From positions 13,766 to 77,765 of the forward strand of contig JAHCIP010000001.1 of NCBI GenBank assembly GCA_026129165.1: a DNA stretch of 64,000 bases, given 5' to 3'. The translations under genes were made by a program, and so were the position numbers. The notes beneath the pieces were generated by a model that was not told where the DNA came from, made no database searches, and was given only the letters and a program-made list of their open reading frames with translations. The DNA is from Anaerolineae bacterium (lineage in GTDB: Bacteria; Chloroflexota; Anaerolineae; Epilineales; JAHCIE01). Positions 17,034 through 26,443 of the stretch are shown piece by piece. Within the stretch, counting starts at the first letter, position 1. Every line of letters starts with the position of its first letter.

Positions 17034-19484
17034 TTATCCGCGCACCATGCGCCGACGATGGGCGACCGGCCGGCCGCTGAGGTCGGTGCGGCGGGCTTGC
17101 TCGGCAAAATGGCGCAGGCGGTCTTCCACCAGGCGGTGCACGCTGCCGTCGGGGAACTTCCCGTCATAGCCGCGCTCACCGGCCGGGTGGCCGGTCAATA
17201 TCTCAATCCCTTCTTCAATCGTGCGGACCGCCCAGATATGGAAGCGGCCGGCGCGCACAGCGTCAACCACCTCGGCTTTGAGCATCAGGTTGGGGATGTT
17301 AGCGGCCGGGATGATGACGCCCTGCTCGCCCGTGAGCCCCAGCGCCTGACACACGCTGAAGAAGCCTTCAATCTTATAGGTGACGCCGCCGACAGCCTGG
17401 ACCTCGCCAAACTGATTGACCGAGCCGGTGACGGCGATACCCTGGTGGACCGGGTAGCCCGACAGGGCCGATAGCAGGGCGTACAACTCGGCCGATGAGG
17501 CGGAGTCGCCCTCAATCTCGTCGTAGGCTTGCTCGAAGGTGATGGTCGCGCCGAGCGACAGCGGGATGTCCTGGCCGTACTGCCCGGCCAGGTAGCCCGA
17601 CAGCGTCAGGAAGCCCTTGGTGTGGATGGGGCCGGACATCTGTGTCTCACGCTCGATGCTCTGGATCGCGCCCTGACCAATAGAGACCCGCGCGCTGATG
17701 CGGGCCGGCTTGCCAAAGGCATAGTCGCCCAGGTCAGCGATGGCGATGCCGTTGACCTGGCCGACGCGGCCACCGGTCGTGTCAATCATGATCGTGTGGT
17801 CGGCGATGAGTTCCATCACCCGTTCAGCCACCAGGTTCGAGTAGTATTCCTGCTTGGCGATGGCCTGGTCCACATCCTCAGCGCGCACGACGGCATGACC
17901 CGCCCGCTCCGCCCAGAAGCTCGCCTCGGTCACCAGGTCGGCGATGTCCAACAGGCGGGTGGATAGCTTGCGCTTGTCCTCCTGCTGGCGAGCGCTGTAC
18001 TCCACCACACGCGCCACGGCCGAACAGTCGAAGTGCCTGAGGCCGTTCTCCTCCACGCGGCGGCGAATAAACGCCGCGTAGTGCATGACCTGGTCCTGGG
18101 TCCAGTCCATGTCCGGCGCGAAGTCCGCCTTGACCTTGAATAGCTCGTGGAAGTCCTCGTCGTACTGGTAGAGCATGTGATACAGGCTGAGGGGGCCGAT
18201 AAGGATGACTTTGAGGTCGAACGGGATAGGTTCGGGCCGCAGCGTTTCCATGGGCAGCGAGGTATACTGCTCGCCCAGGTTCTCGATTTGAATCTGGCGG
18301 CTGAGCAGCGCCCGCTTCAGGGCCTCCCAGGCGAAGGGTGTGCGAAGGACGTCCACGGCGCGCAGGACGAGAAAGCCGCCGGTGGCGCGGTGCAGCGCCC
18401 CCGGCTTGATATGCTGGAAGCTGGTGACCAGCGCGCCGAACGTAGACCGATAGTCCACACGGCCCACCAGGTTATAGTAGGTCGGGTTGCCCTCGATGAC
18501 GACAGGCGCGCCTTGGGTCGCACTGTGATCAATAAGGACATTCACCTGGTAGCGGGCCAGGCTCTCTTCCTGAGATACCGCGAGCATCTGCGTCATCGGG
18601 TTCGTCCCATCCCCCTCAGAATGCGCCGGCCGAAACTGGGCCAGGTTGTCCGGCAGGTCCTTCTGGACGCTGTCCAGGTAGGCCAGCACTTCGGGCTGGT
18701 CGGCGTAGGTCTCGCGCAGGTCCTCGAACAGCGGGCCGACGACGTAGAGGGCCACGTCGCGCTCCAATTGATGCGCCCGCTCGCCCAGGTCGCGCTCCAA
18801 CAGGTGCGCCTGGCGCAGCGTCGCGCCGATGCGCGCCTGGAGTTCCTCGCCGCGCTGCTCGTATTGCTCGCGCTGCTCTGGGGGCAGCTTCTCAAAGTCC
18901 TCGACCGAGATGGGCTTGCTATTGACCAGCGGGATGCTGGCGATGCCCACCTGGGTCTGCTGGAGGGCGAAGCCCAAGTCGTGAGCGTAGGCCTGCAACT
19001 CGGTGTAGAGTTGGTCGCGCTTGCGGCTCAACTCATTGAGCAAGTCCTGCTGGCGCTTGGCGTAGTCCTCGCTCTCGAAGGCGCGGGAGATTTCGCGCTG
19101 CGCTGCCTGGACAAACTGGTCCATGGCGCGGGCGAACTGTGCGCCTCGGCCGGCGGGGAGCGCTATGGCGTTGGGGCGGTCAGGGTCATCGAAGTTATAG
19201 ACGTAGACCCAGTCCGACGGCGTCGGCCGCGTCGGGGCGAAACGCTCCAGGTAAGTGCGAATGGTACTCTCACGCCCGGAGCCAGGCGCGCCCGCGACAA
19301 ATAGGTTGTAGCCCTGCGCGCTGACAGCCAGGCCAAATTCGATGGCGTCAATGGCGCGGGGCTGGCCAATGACGCCACTGAGGGCAGGGACATCGGCGGT
19401 GGTGTCAAAGGGTAAGCTGGTTGGGTCCAGGGTCCGACCCAGTTGGTCGGGGGTCAACGCGAGGCGTTCGAGTAGAGTAGACAT
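17034..19484 (-). CDS. Lon-related ATP-dependent protease (COG1067-type: AAA+ module with long coiled-coil insertion plus C-terminal Lon S16 proteolytic domain)
   Basis: 816 aa. Walker A GAPGSGRES. Long charged coiled-coil insert (EDYAKRQQDLLNELSRKRDQLYTELQ...). C-terminal Lon protease-domain-like region (SAELYALLSALSGYPVHQGIAVTGSVNQFGEVQAVGGVTYKIEGF) containing the putative catalytic Ser/Lys. Confidence 0.65.
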   Translation of the reverse strand: MSTLLERLALTPDQLGRTLDPTSLPFDTTADVPALSGVIGQPRAIDAIEFGLAVSAQGYNLFVAGAPGSGRESTIRTYLERFAPTRPTPSDWVYVYNFDDPDRPNAIALPAGRGAQFARAMDQFVQAAQREISRAFESEDYAKRQQDLLNELSRKRDQLYTELQAYAHDLGFALQQTQVGIASIPLVNSKPISVEDFEKLPPEQREQYEQRGEELQARIGATLRQAHLLERDLGERAHQLERDVALYVVGPLFEDLRETYADQPEVLAYLDSVQKDLPDNLAQFRPAHSEGDGTNPMTQMLAVSQEESLARYQVNVLIDHSATQGAPVVIEGNPTYYNLVGRVDYRSTFGALVTSFQHIKPGALHRATGGFLVLRAVDVLRTPFAWEALKRALLSRQIQIENLGEQYTSLPMETLRPEPIPFDLKVILIGPLSLYHMLYQYDEDFHELFKVKADFAPDMDWTQDQVMHYAAFIRRRVEENGLRHFDCSAVARVVEYSARQQEDKRKLSTRLLDIADLVTEASFWAERAGHAVVRAEDVDQAIAKQEYYSNLVAERVMELIADHTIMIDTTGGRVGQVNGIAIADLGDYAFGKPARISARVSIGQGAIQSIERETQMSGPIHTKGFLTLSGYLAGQYGQDIPLSLGATITFEQAYDEIEGDSASSAELYALLSALSGYPVHQGIAVTGSVNQFGEVQAVGGVTYKIEGFFSVCQALGLTGEQGVIIPAANIPNLMLKAEVVDAVRAGRFHIWAVRTIEEGIEILTGHPAGERGYDGKFPDGSVHRLVEDRLRHFAEQARRTDLSGRPVAHRRRMVRG

Positions 19485-19717
19485 GGGCAGATTCCTCTTG
19501 GCGCACCACAGTGTGACGCCATTTTGATTCTAACCCCATCTGGGTCTGTGTGGCGTTAAGAGAGGGCAACGGGTTAGGGAGGGATATTCACCTACCTCAT
19601 GTTCCATGCGGTCTCCATCTCGTCTCCACGAAAACTGCACATCCAGGAGCTAGAGTGGGGATAGCAATCAATGACCGGCGGCGCTTTTTCGACGCCGCGA
19701 CGAGATGGAGGTAGTGT

Positions 19718-20668
19718 ATGACAGTCCAGGCCCGACCACGCAATCCAGCCCTGAAGCCCCGCCGACGCGGGTGGCAGCGCTGGCTCGACCACCGGGGCTT
19801 CCGCCTGGTGAGCCAGCTTGGCTTCGCTGGCTTCATCCTCTTCGTGACAGTCCAACACCTTATCGTCGGTGAGAGCGGGCCGACCGTCACCCCTTCCCCC
19901 GAAGCGTTCTGCCCGTTCGGCGGCCTCGAAACCTTGTACCGCTATGTCAGTAGCGGCGGCGCCTTTGTGCCGCATACCCACCTCGCCAACGTGGTGCTGG
20001 CGGTGGCCGTGTTGCTCACCGCCTTCCTGGCGCGGTCCGCCTTCTGCGGCTGGGTCTGCCCGCTAGGTTTTATCCAGGACCTCTTGCACCGCCTGAGCAT
20101 GTTCGCCCAGCGGCGCGTGCCGTGGCTGCGCAAGGGCGTGAAGACGCTCCGCACCCGGCTGGCCTGGTTGGCCGTGGTAGATCGCCCCCTGCGCTGGCTC
20201 AAGTATGGTGTCCTGGCGTGGGCGATCACGGGCGCTGCCCTCTACGGCGTCATGGTCTTCCGCGACTACGACCCGTGGGCCGCGCTGCTGACCATCGCCG
20301 AGTGGAGCCTGACGCCGGGTCTGGCCGTCTTGCTCGTCGTCCTGGTCGCCTCGCTGTTCGTTGAGCGACCCTGGTGTCGCTATGCCTGTCCCCTGGGCGC
20401 CGCGAGTGGCATCGTAGGCAAGTTCAGCCCCATCTACCTGAAGCGGGAGGACAGTTCGTGTAAAGCGTGCGCCGTGTGTACCACGGCCTGCCCCATGGGC
20501 CTGCCGGTTCACACCTCGACGGTCATCGCCAGCGCTGATTGCATCGGCTGTCTGGAGTGCATCGGCGCCTGCCCGCGCAACGGAGCACTGGAAGTGAAAC
20601 TGGGTTTGCCCGGCTGGCGGCGCGAACAGGGCGTACCGGGTGGTCTGCGCATCAGTCATGAACATTAA
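19718..20668 (+). CDS. Membrane-bound 4Fe-4S ferredoxin-type protein (NapH/MauN/CcoG-like)
   Basis: 316 aa. Several TM helices. CxxCxxCxxxCP motifs (CKACAVCTTACP; CIGCLECIGACP) and upstream CPFG...CGWVCPLG pattern characteristic of NapH-like proteins. Confidence 0.7.
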   Translation: MTVQARPRNPALKPRRRGWQRWLDHRGFRLVSQLGFAGFILFVTVQHLIVGESGPTVTPSPEAFCPFGGLETLYRYVSSGGAFVPHTHLANVVLAVAVLLTAFLARSAFCGWVCPLGFIQDLLHRLSMFAQRRVPWLRKGVKTLRTRLAWLAVVDRPLRWLKYGVLAWAITGAALYGVMVFRDYDPWAALLTIAEWSLTPGLAVLLVVLVASLFVERPWCRYACPLGAASGIVGKFSPIYLKREDSSCKACAVCTTACPMGLPVHTSTVIASADCIGCLECIGACPRNGALEVKLGLPGWRREQGVPGGLRISHEH

Positions 20669-20678
20669 GGAGAACGGT

Positions 20679-21014
20679 ATGCGGCTCAATCCCTATGTCT
20701 ATGGTGTCCTGGTTCTGGCCCTGTTTTTGGGCAGCATCGGTGTAGCCCAGTCGGCGGGGTGGTGGTCAACCTCGGGTAAGGTGACGGCCAGCGGCGAGCG
20801 CGTCGCCCCCACCGGGGCCAATGTGGACGAGATCAAGGGCTGGATGACGCTGGGCGACGTGTCGAAGGCGTATGGCGTCAGCGTGGAAGCCATCGTGACC
20901 GAGTTCAAGTTGCCGGCCGACACGACGAGTGCGGCTCAACTCAAGAACCTGGAGAGCAGCACGTTCTCGGTCACGGCGTTGCGCGACTGGCTCAGACAGC
21001 GATCAGGGCCATAA
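20679..21014 (+). CDS. Small membrane-anchored hypothetical protein
   Basis: RBS AAGGAG 7 nt upstream of ATG 20679. N-terminal TM (VYGVLVLALFLGSIGVA). 111 aa. Confidence 0.4.
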   Translation: MRLNPYVYGVLVLALFLGSIGVAQSAGWWSTSGKVTASGERVAPTGANVDEIKGWMTLGDVSKAYGVSVEAIVTEFKLPADTTSAAQLKNLESSTFSVTALRDWLRQRSGP

Positions 21015-21164
21015 GGACCTCCACACAAACTCCACACCATCTGCGCGGAAGGTCCACACGGTGGAGATAAACTAGAGGCAGGACAACGAACAATCGAATA
21101 GTGACGAAGCAGTTCAACCAATCAATCTCAACACAAGCGAAAGAGCGAAAGGAAGAAACAGACA

Positions 21165-21803
21165 ATGAAACGCTGGATGCTGATTGTGACTCTCGTGATG
21201 GCGCTGATGCTGGTCTTTGGAGCGGTGACGTATGCGCAGGGACCGACGGGGAACCCGACGCCGGGCACGTGCCCGATGGGCTTCGAGCCGGGCCAGGGGC
21301 CTGGGCCGGGGGCCGGCCGCGGGCCGGGCATGGGCGGGGAACCGCGCGGTGGGCAGCCGGCCTGGGCGGGGATGGAGGACGAGGTCATCACGCTGCTGGG
21401 CATAACCGAAGAGCAAATCCAGGCCGAGCGGCAGGCCGGCAAGTCGTTGGTCCAGATCGCGGCCGACAAGGGCGTCACTGAGCAGACGCTGGTGACGACC
21501 ATCCTCAACGCCAAGAAAGCCGACCTGGACGCTCAGGTCGCGGCGGGGAGCCTGACTCAGGACCGGGCCGACGCGATGTACGCCCGCATGCAGACCCAGG
21601 TGGCGGCCGCCGTCAACCGCACGACGACCGGGCCGCGCGAGGGCCAGCAGGGTCAGGGCCTGGGCCAACCGGGCCAGGGTCAAGGGCAAGGCCAAGGGCA
21701 AGGCCAGATGAACGGCCTGCGCCAGGGTCAGGGACAGGGCCAGCCGCCCGCCACAGCGCCAGGACGCGGAACGACGGGCATGGGGCCGCGCTGGGGCCGG
21801 TAA
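21165..21803 (+). CDS. Secreted Gly/Gln/Pro-rich protein with central helical LTxxQ-like (CpxP/Spy/DUF2680-like) segment
   Basis: 212 aa. Signal peptide MKRWMLIVTLVMALMLVFGAVTYA. Low-complexity GPGPGAGRGPGMGG and GQGQGQGQGQ tracts. Central ITEEQIQAERQAGKSLVQIAADKGVTEQTLVTTILNAKKADL helical repeats. Confidence 0.5.
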   Translation: MKRWMLIVTLVMALMLVFGAVTYAQGPTGNPTPGTCPMGFEPGQGPGPGAGRGPGMGGEPRGGQPAWAGMEDEVITLLGITEEQIQAERQAGKSLVQIAADKGVTEQTLVTTILNAKKADLDAQVAAGSLTQDRADAMYARMQTQVAAAVNRTTTGPREGQQGQGLGQPGQGQGQGQGQGQMNGLRQGQGQGQPPATAPGRGTTGMGPRWGR

Positions 21804-21853
21804 AACCCTGGCTCACCACAAAGCGCGGTAGGGGGCCGGAAATAGGGTCGAGA

Positions 21854-21890
21854 GGAAGGGGTGCGTTTTCCGCGCCCCTTCCGTTTGCGG
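21854..21890 (+). terminator. Putative intrinsic terminator after the Gly/Gln-rich protein gene
   Basis: GGAAGGGGTGCG-ttttc-CGCGCCCCTTCC stem-loop followed by GTTTGCGG. Confidence 0.4.
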
Positions 21891-22023
21891 CCAGGTAACC
21901 GCGCCCCTGCGTCTCGCATCTAATAGGTGAGCAATCCTTCACGTGCGTGTCATGCTTCTATACCCCTTAGCTGACCGCCAAAGAGTATAGTAGAGATAGG
22001 GGTACGCGCATACGGAGCCGGGG

Positions 22024-22719
22024 ATGACACAGCAAATCCTGGTCGTGGACGATGACCGACAGATTGCGCGCCTGGTACGGGCCTATTTAGAGCAGGCTGG
22101 TTACCAGGCGCTGGTGGCGTATGACGGCGAGACGGCGTGGCGAAGCCTCAGCCACGACCGCCCCGACCTCGTCATCCTGGACTTGATGCTGCCTGACCGC
22201 GACGGCTGGTCCATCACGCGAGACATGCGCGGCGACAGGAGCCTGGCCCATATTCCCATCATTATGCTAACGGCGCGGGTCGAGGATACCGACAAGATTG
22301 TGGGGCTGGAACTGGGGGCCGACGACTACATCGCCAAGCCGTTTAACCCGCGCGAGGTAGTGGCCCGTGTGCGCGCGGTTTTACGCCGGGCCGCCGTCCC
22401 CGCGACCGCCCCTCACGTCATGGCGGCGGGCGACGTGCGGCTGGACCTGGAGCGCCACGTCGTCACAGTACGCGGGGAGGCGGTAGACGTGACCCCGACG
22501 GAGTTTGATCTACTCCGCATGCTCATGGAGCATCCAGGTCACGTGCTCACCCGGCAGGACCTGATTGAGAAGGGTCTGGGCTACGACTACGCCGGCGCAG
22601 AGAGAACGGTGGACAGCCACATTAAGAACCTCCGCAAGAAAATCGAGACGGACCCGGCCCGTCCCACCTACATCCAGACGGTGCATGGCGTGGGCTATCG
22701 CTTCCAGGCGGAGGTCTAG
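22024..22719 (+). CDS. OmpR-family response regulator (REC + winged-helix)
   Basis: 231 aa. ILVVDDD...DLVILDLMLPDRDG; C-terminal trans_reg_C motifs (LTPTEFDLLRML..., YIQTVHGVGYRF). Confidence 0.9.
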   Translation: MTQQILVVDDDRQIARLVRAYLEQAGYQALVAYDGETAWRSLSHDRPDLVILDLMLPDRDGWSITRDMRGDRSLAHIPIIMLTARVEDTDKIVGLELGADDYIAKPFNPREVVARVRAVLRRAAVPATAPHVMAAGDVRLDLERHVVTVRGEAVDVTPTEFDLLRMLMEHPGHVLTRQDLIEKGLGYDYAGAERTVDSHIKNLRKKIETDPARPTYIQTVHGVGYRFQAEV

Positions 22720-22724
22720 TCCGA

Positions 22725-24226
22725 TGAACCGCCTGTGGGTCCGCCTGACGCTGACCTTCGTCCTGGTGGCCGTGCTGGGCTTCGGGACGGCGGCCGTCCT
22801 CGTCAACCAGCAGGTGGCGACCCAGTTCCGGGGCTACCTGGCGAACTCGCAACTGTTGTCCTCCGGCCTGCTGGACCAGTTGGCTGACTTTTATGCTCGG
22901 ACGAAAAGTTGGGACGGCGTTGAGGCGGTGCTGGATGACGCGCGCGGGCCAGGCTTGGGGCAAGGCGGGATGGGACAGGGGCGCGGGCTGCGTCGAGGGG
23001 GGCCGAATGCGGTCCTGGCAGACGCCCGGGGGCAAGTTGTCTATGGCGACGCAGGGACACTGAGCCAGGCGCAAATGGACGCCGCGCTCGCGGTGCAGGT
23101 GGAGGGAAGGACGGTGGGCTACGTGCTCGTCCAGTCGCCAGGTCGGGCCGACATAACGACGCCAGCGCAGGCCTTCCTGGATCGGGTGCAGGGCGCCCTG
23201 GCGCAGGCCGGGCTGCTGGCCGGCGTCGTGGGGCTGCTGCTGGGGCTACTCATCGCCCGCGGCCTGGCGGCGCCCCTGGCCGAGGTAGCGAACGCGGCGC
23301 GGGAGTTAGCGGCCGGGCGGCGGGACCACCGGGTGCGCGAGCGCGGGACAGACGAGGTGAAGACGGTGGCGCAAGCCTTCAACGAACTGGCCGCCGACCT
23401 AGAAAAAGCCGAGACGCTGCGGCGCAACCTGGTGGCCGACATTGCCCACGAATTGCGGACGCCGCTGACAGTCATTCAGGGCAACCTGCGCGCGATTCTG
23501 GACGACGTCTACCCTCTGGACAAGAGCGAGATCGCCACTCTCTATGATGAAACGCTGGTCTTGAGCCGCCTGATTACGGATTTACGCGAACTGGCCCAGG
23601 CGGAAGCCGGCCAACTGGCGCTCCATCCGCAGCCCACCGATGTGGGACAGCTAGTCGAGGGGGAAGTAGCCCGATTCGCAGAACAGGCGCAGGCGCGTAC
23701 AATAAAGCTGACGGTGGTCACGCCTGCATCCTTGCCTCTCGTCCCCGCTGACCCGGACCGAGTGCGGCAGGTTCTGCACAATCTGCTGACCAACGCCCTG
23801 CGGCACACACCGGCCGGCGGCGAGATTACCGTGGCCGCAGAGACGGCCGAGGGACAGGGAGTAAGGGTGACGGTGCGCGACACGGGCAGCGGCATCGCCC
23901 CCGAAGACCTGCCCCATGTGTTCGACCGCTTCTGGCGGGCCGACCGCTCGCGGTCACGGGACGGCGGCGGGTCGGGGTTGGGCCTGGCGATTGCTAGACA
24001 GTTGATCGAGGCGCACGGCGGGCAGATAGGCGTAGACAGTCGCCTCGGTGGTGGCAGCCAGTTCTGGTTTATTTTACCCAAGGAGACCCCTCATGATAGC
24101 GACCCAACCGTTTGGCCGCACGGGCCACCTGAGCACGCGGACGATCTTCGGAGCAGCGGCGCTGAGCCGAGTCAGCCAGGCCGACGCCGACCGCACGCTG
24201 GACGTTCTGTTGGAGTACGGCGTTAA
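22725..24226 (+). CDS. Sensor histidine kinase (2 TM, HAMP, HisKA, HATPase_c)
   Basis: Begins [21 protein letters not shown] at ATG 22725, 5 bp after the RR stop. H-box [10 protein letters not shown]; N, G1, G2 boxes ([25 protein letters not shown]). C-terminal tail overlaps the next gene by about 134 bp, so the true stop is uncertain. Confidence 0.8.
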
Positions 24227-24950
24227 CCACATTGACACGGCCGCCAGTTATGGTGACTCGGAATTACGCATCGGGCCGTGGATGGCACGCCACCGCCAGG
24301 ACTTTTTCCTGGCGACCAAGACCGGCCTGCGCACCTACCAGGAGGCGCGTGACCAGATTCACCAGTCACTGGAGCGGCTGCGGGTGGATTCAGTCGACCT
24401 AATTCAGCTGCATAACCTGGCTCAGCCCGACGAGTGGGAGGTGGCGATGGGGCCGGGCGGGGCGCTGGAGGCAGCGGTTGAGGCGCGCGAGCAAGGTTTG
24501 ACGCGCTTTATCGGCGTCACCGGCCACGGCGTCATCATCCCGTCGCTGCACAAGCGCAGCCTGGAACACTTTGACTTCGACTCGGTCCTGCTACCCTACA
24601 ACTATGTCATGATGCAAAACCCGCAGTACGCGGCGGACTTCGAGGCGTTGATGGCGCTCTGCCAGGCGCGTCACGTCGCCGTGCAGACCATCAAGGGCAT
24701 CACGCGGCGGCCCTGGGGCGAGCAGGAACGGGCCTACTCGGTATGGTATCAACCGCTGGACCAGCCGGAGGCGCTGGAACGGGCGGTCCACTGGGTGCTA
24801 GGCCGGCCAGGGGTCTTCCTGAACACGGCCGGCGACATCACCTTGCTGCCGCGCGTATTGGAGGCGGCGGCGCGCTTCGAACGCCGCCCAACAGACGAGG
24901 AAATACAAAGCACGGTGGAGGAGTTGGCGATGGCGCCTCTCTTCACCTAA
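24093..24950 (+). CDS. Aldo/keto reductase
   Basis: About 285 aa from [44 protein letters not shown] motifs of the AKR fold. Confidence 0.75.
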   Translation: MIATQPFGRTGHLSTRTIFGAAALSRVSQADADRTLDVLLEYGVNHIDTAASYGDSELRIGPWMARHRQDFFLATKTGLRTYQEARDQIHQSLERLRVDSVDLIQLHNLAQPDEWEVAMGPGGALEAAVEAREQGLTRFIGVTGHGVIIPSLHKRSLEHFDFDSVLLPYNYVMMQNPQYAADFEALMALCQARHVAVQTIKGITRRPWGEQERAYSVWYQPLDQPEALERAVHWVLGRPGVFLNTAGDITLLPRVLEAAARFERRPTDEEIQSTVEELAMAPLFT

Positions 24951-24978
24951 TGATTCGCTTAGTCAAGGAGGACTAACC

Positions 24979-25443
24979 ATGTCAGCCAATGTTAAAGTCG
25001 CACGGGCCGTCTGGTCCGGCGGGTTCAAGTTCACAGCTATTTCTGGTTCCGGCCACTCCATCGTGATGGATGCGGCGGCGGAACACGGCGGCGAGGACGC
25101 CGGCGCGCGGCCCATGGAGGTGCTGCTGGCGACGCTGGCCGGCTGTACCGGGATGGATATGATCACGGTTCTGCGCAAGCAGCGCCAGCCGGTCGAAGGG
25201 CTGGAAATCCTGGTCCACGGCCAGCAGGCCGACCAGCATCCCAAAAAGTACACCGATATTACCGTCGAGTACGTCATCCACGGTAATGACATCTCGCCCG
25301 ACGCGGTCGAGCGGGCGATTCGGCTGTCGGAGGAGCAATACTGCTCGGTGGCGGCGACGCTAAAGGGCGCGGCCACCATCACCAGCACCTACCGCATCGA
25401 GCCGGAATATGAACTGGAACCGGCACTGGAGATGGAAGACTAG
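24979..25443 (+). CDS. OsmC/Ohr-family peroxiredoxin-like protein
   Basis: 154 aa. GSGHSIVMDA...GGED.G.RPMEVLLATLAGCTGMD and a second conserved Cys (EEQYCSVAATL). RBS AAGGAGG upstream. Confidence 0.85.
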   Translation: MSANVKVARAVWSGGFKFTAISGSGHSIVMDAAAEHGGEDAGARPMEVLLATLAGCTGMDMITVLRKQRQPVEGLEILVHGQQADQHPKKYTDITVEYVIHGNDISPDAVERAIRLSEEQYCSVAATLKGAATITSTYRIEPEYELEPALEMED

Positions 25444-25458
25444 CTCAGGCTGTCTGAT

Positions 25459-25493
25459 AGAGGGGTACCCGCGCGGTACCCCTCTATTCGTTT
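25459..25493 (+). terminator. Intrinsic terminator after the OsmC gene
   Basis: Perfect 11-bp stem AGAGGGGTACC / GGTACCCCTCT with 5-nt loop, followed by ATTCGTTT. Confidence 0.55.
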
Positions 25494-25562
25494 GGCAGCT
25501 TGACGCCGGGCGCAGGTGACGCTAGACTACAGGCTCGTTGACGGGCCAGGAGTAGGTAGAGT

Positions 25563-26369
25563 ATGCCGACAGTAGTGATTGTGGGGAGCACGCGCGGGAT
25601 TGGGCTGGGGCTGGCGCGGGAGTTTCTGGCGCGCGGCTGCCAGGTGATGATCAGCGGCCGCAGCCAGGCAGCGGTGGGCGAGGCGGTCACCCAGTTGGCG
25701 CAAGGTGGAGCGGGCGACCGCGTGGCCGGCCAGCCGTGCGACGTGACCCAGCGGGCGCAACTGCAGGCGCTGTGGGATGCGGCGCGAGCGCGCTGGGGTC
25801 GCGTGGACATCTGGATCAACAACGCTGGCATCGGGCATGACCAGGCAAAACTCTGGGAGCTGGCGCCTGGGAGGGTCGAGGCAGTCGTGGAGACCAACCT
25901 CCTGGGGCTGATGGTTGGCTGCCAGGTAGCCATCGCGGGCATGCTGGCGCAAGGTGGTGGGTACGTGTATAACATGGAGGGGTTTGGCAGCGACGGACGG
26001 GTACGCGCCGGGATGTCGGTGTATGGCAGCACCAAAAGCGCGGTCCACTACCTGACCAAAGCGCTGGTCGAGGAGGTCAAGGGAACGCCCGTGAAGGTCG
26101 GCTCCCTCAGTCCCGGCATGGTGCTGACTAACCTGCTGACCGACCCCTTCAAGGATGACCCTAAGGGGTTCGAGCAGGCGAAGAAGGCGTACAACATGCT
26201 GGCCGACCGGGTGGAGACGGTGACGCCGTTTCTGGTCGAGAAGATGCTGGCGAACGAGAAGTCGGGGGCGCGTATTCGGTGGCTGACGCCGGGCAAGCTG
26301 CTCGCCCGCGTCGCCCTGGCCCCCTTCCGCAAACGCAACATCTTCCGTCCTGACGATAAATTGGGATAG
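25563..26369 (+). CDS. SDR-family short-chain dehydrogenase/reductase
   Basis: 268 aa. VIVGSTRGIGLGLA (TGxxxGIG), NNAGIG, catalytic YGSTKSAVHYLTKAL (YxxxK). Confidence 0.85.
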   Translation: MPTVVIVGSTRGIGLGLAREFLARGCQVMISGRSQAAVGEAVTQLAQGGAGDRVAGQPCDVTQRAQLQALWDAARARWGRVDIWINNAGIGHDQAKLWELAPGRVEAVVETNLLGLMVGCQVAIAGMLAQGGGYVYNMEGFGSDGRVRAGMSVYGSTKSAVHYLTKALVEEVKGTPVKVGSLSPGMVLTNLLTDPFKDDPKGFEQAKKAYNMLADRVETVTPFLVEKMLANEKSGARIRWLTPGKLLARVALAPFRKRNIFRPDDKLG

Positions 26370-26443
26370 ACTTCACTGCATGAGCCGATGCGAAGCAGTT
26401 CCATACCTACTGACGGAATAAGATACGTATTTCAATAGGAGTA

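Noticed and set aside
17034-19484. BREX BrxL (Lon-like protease) or other defense-system protease
   Set aside because: Architecture fits COG1067 better; no PglZ, BrxC or PglX-size methylase nearby; operon partners are an aminotransferase and Usp proteins.
22565-22724. Upstream extension of the histidine-kinase ORF overlapping the response-regulator gene
   Set aside because: Extension is in a different frame from the RR, lacks features, and a good ATG ([10 protein letters not shown], start of the first TM helix) follows 5 bp after the RR stop.
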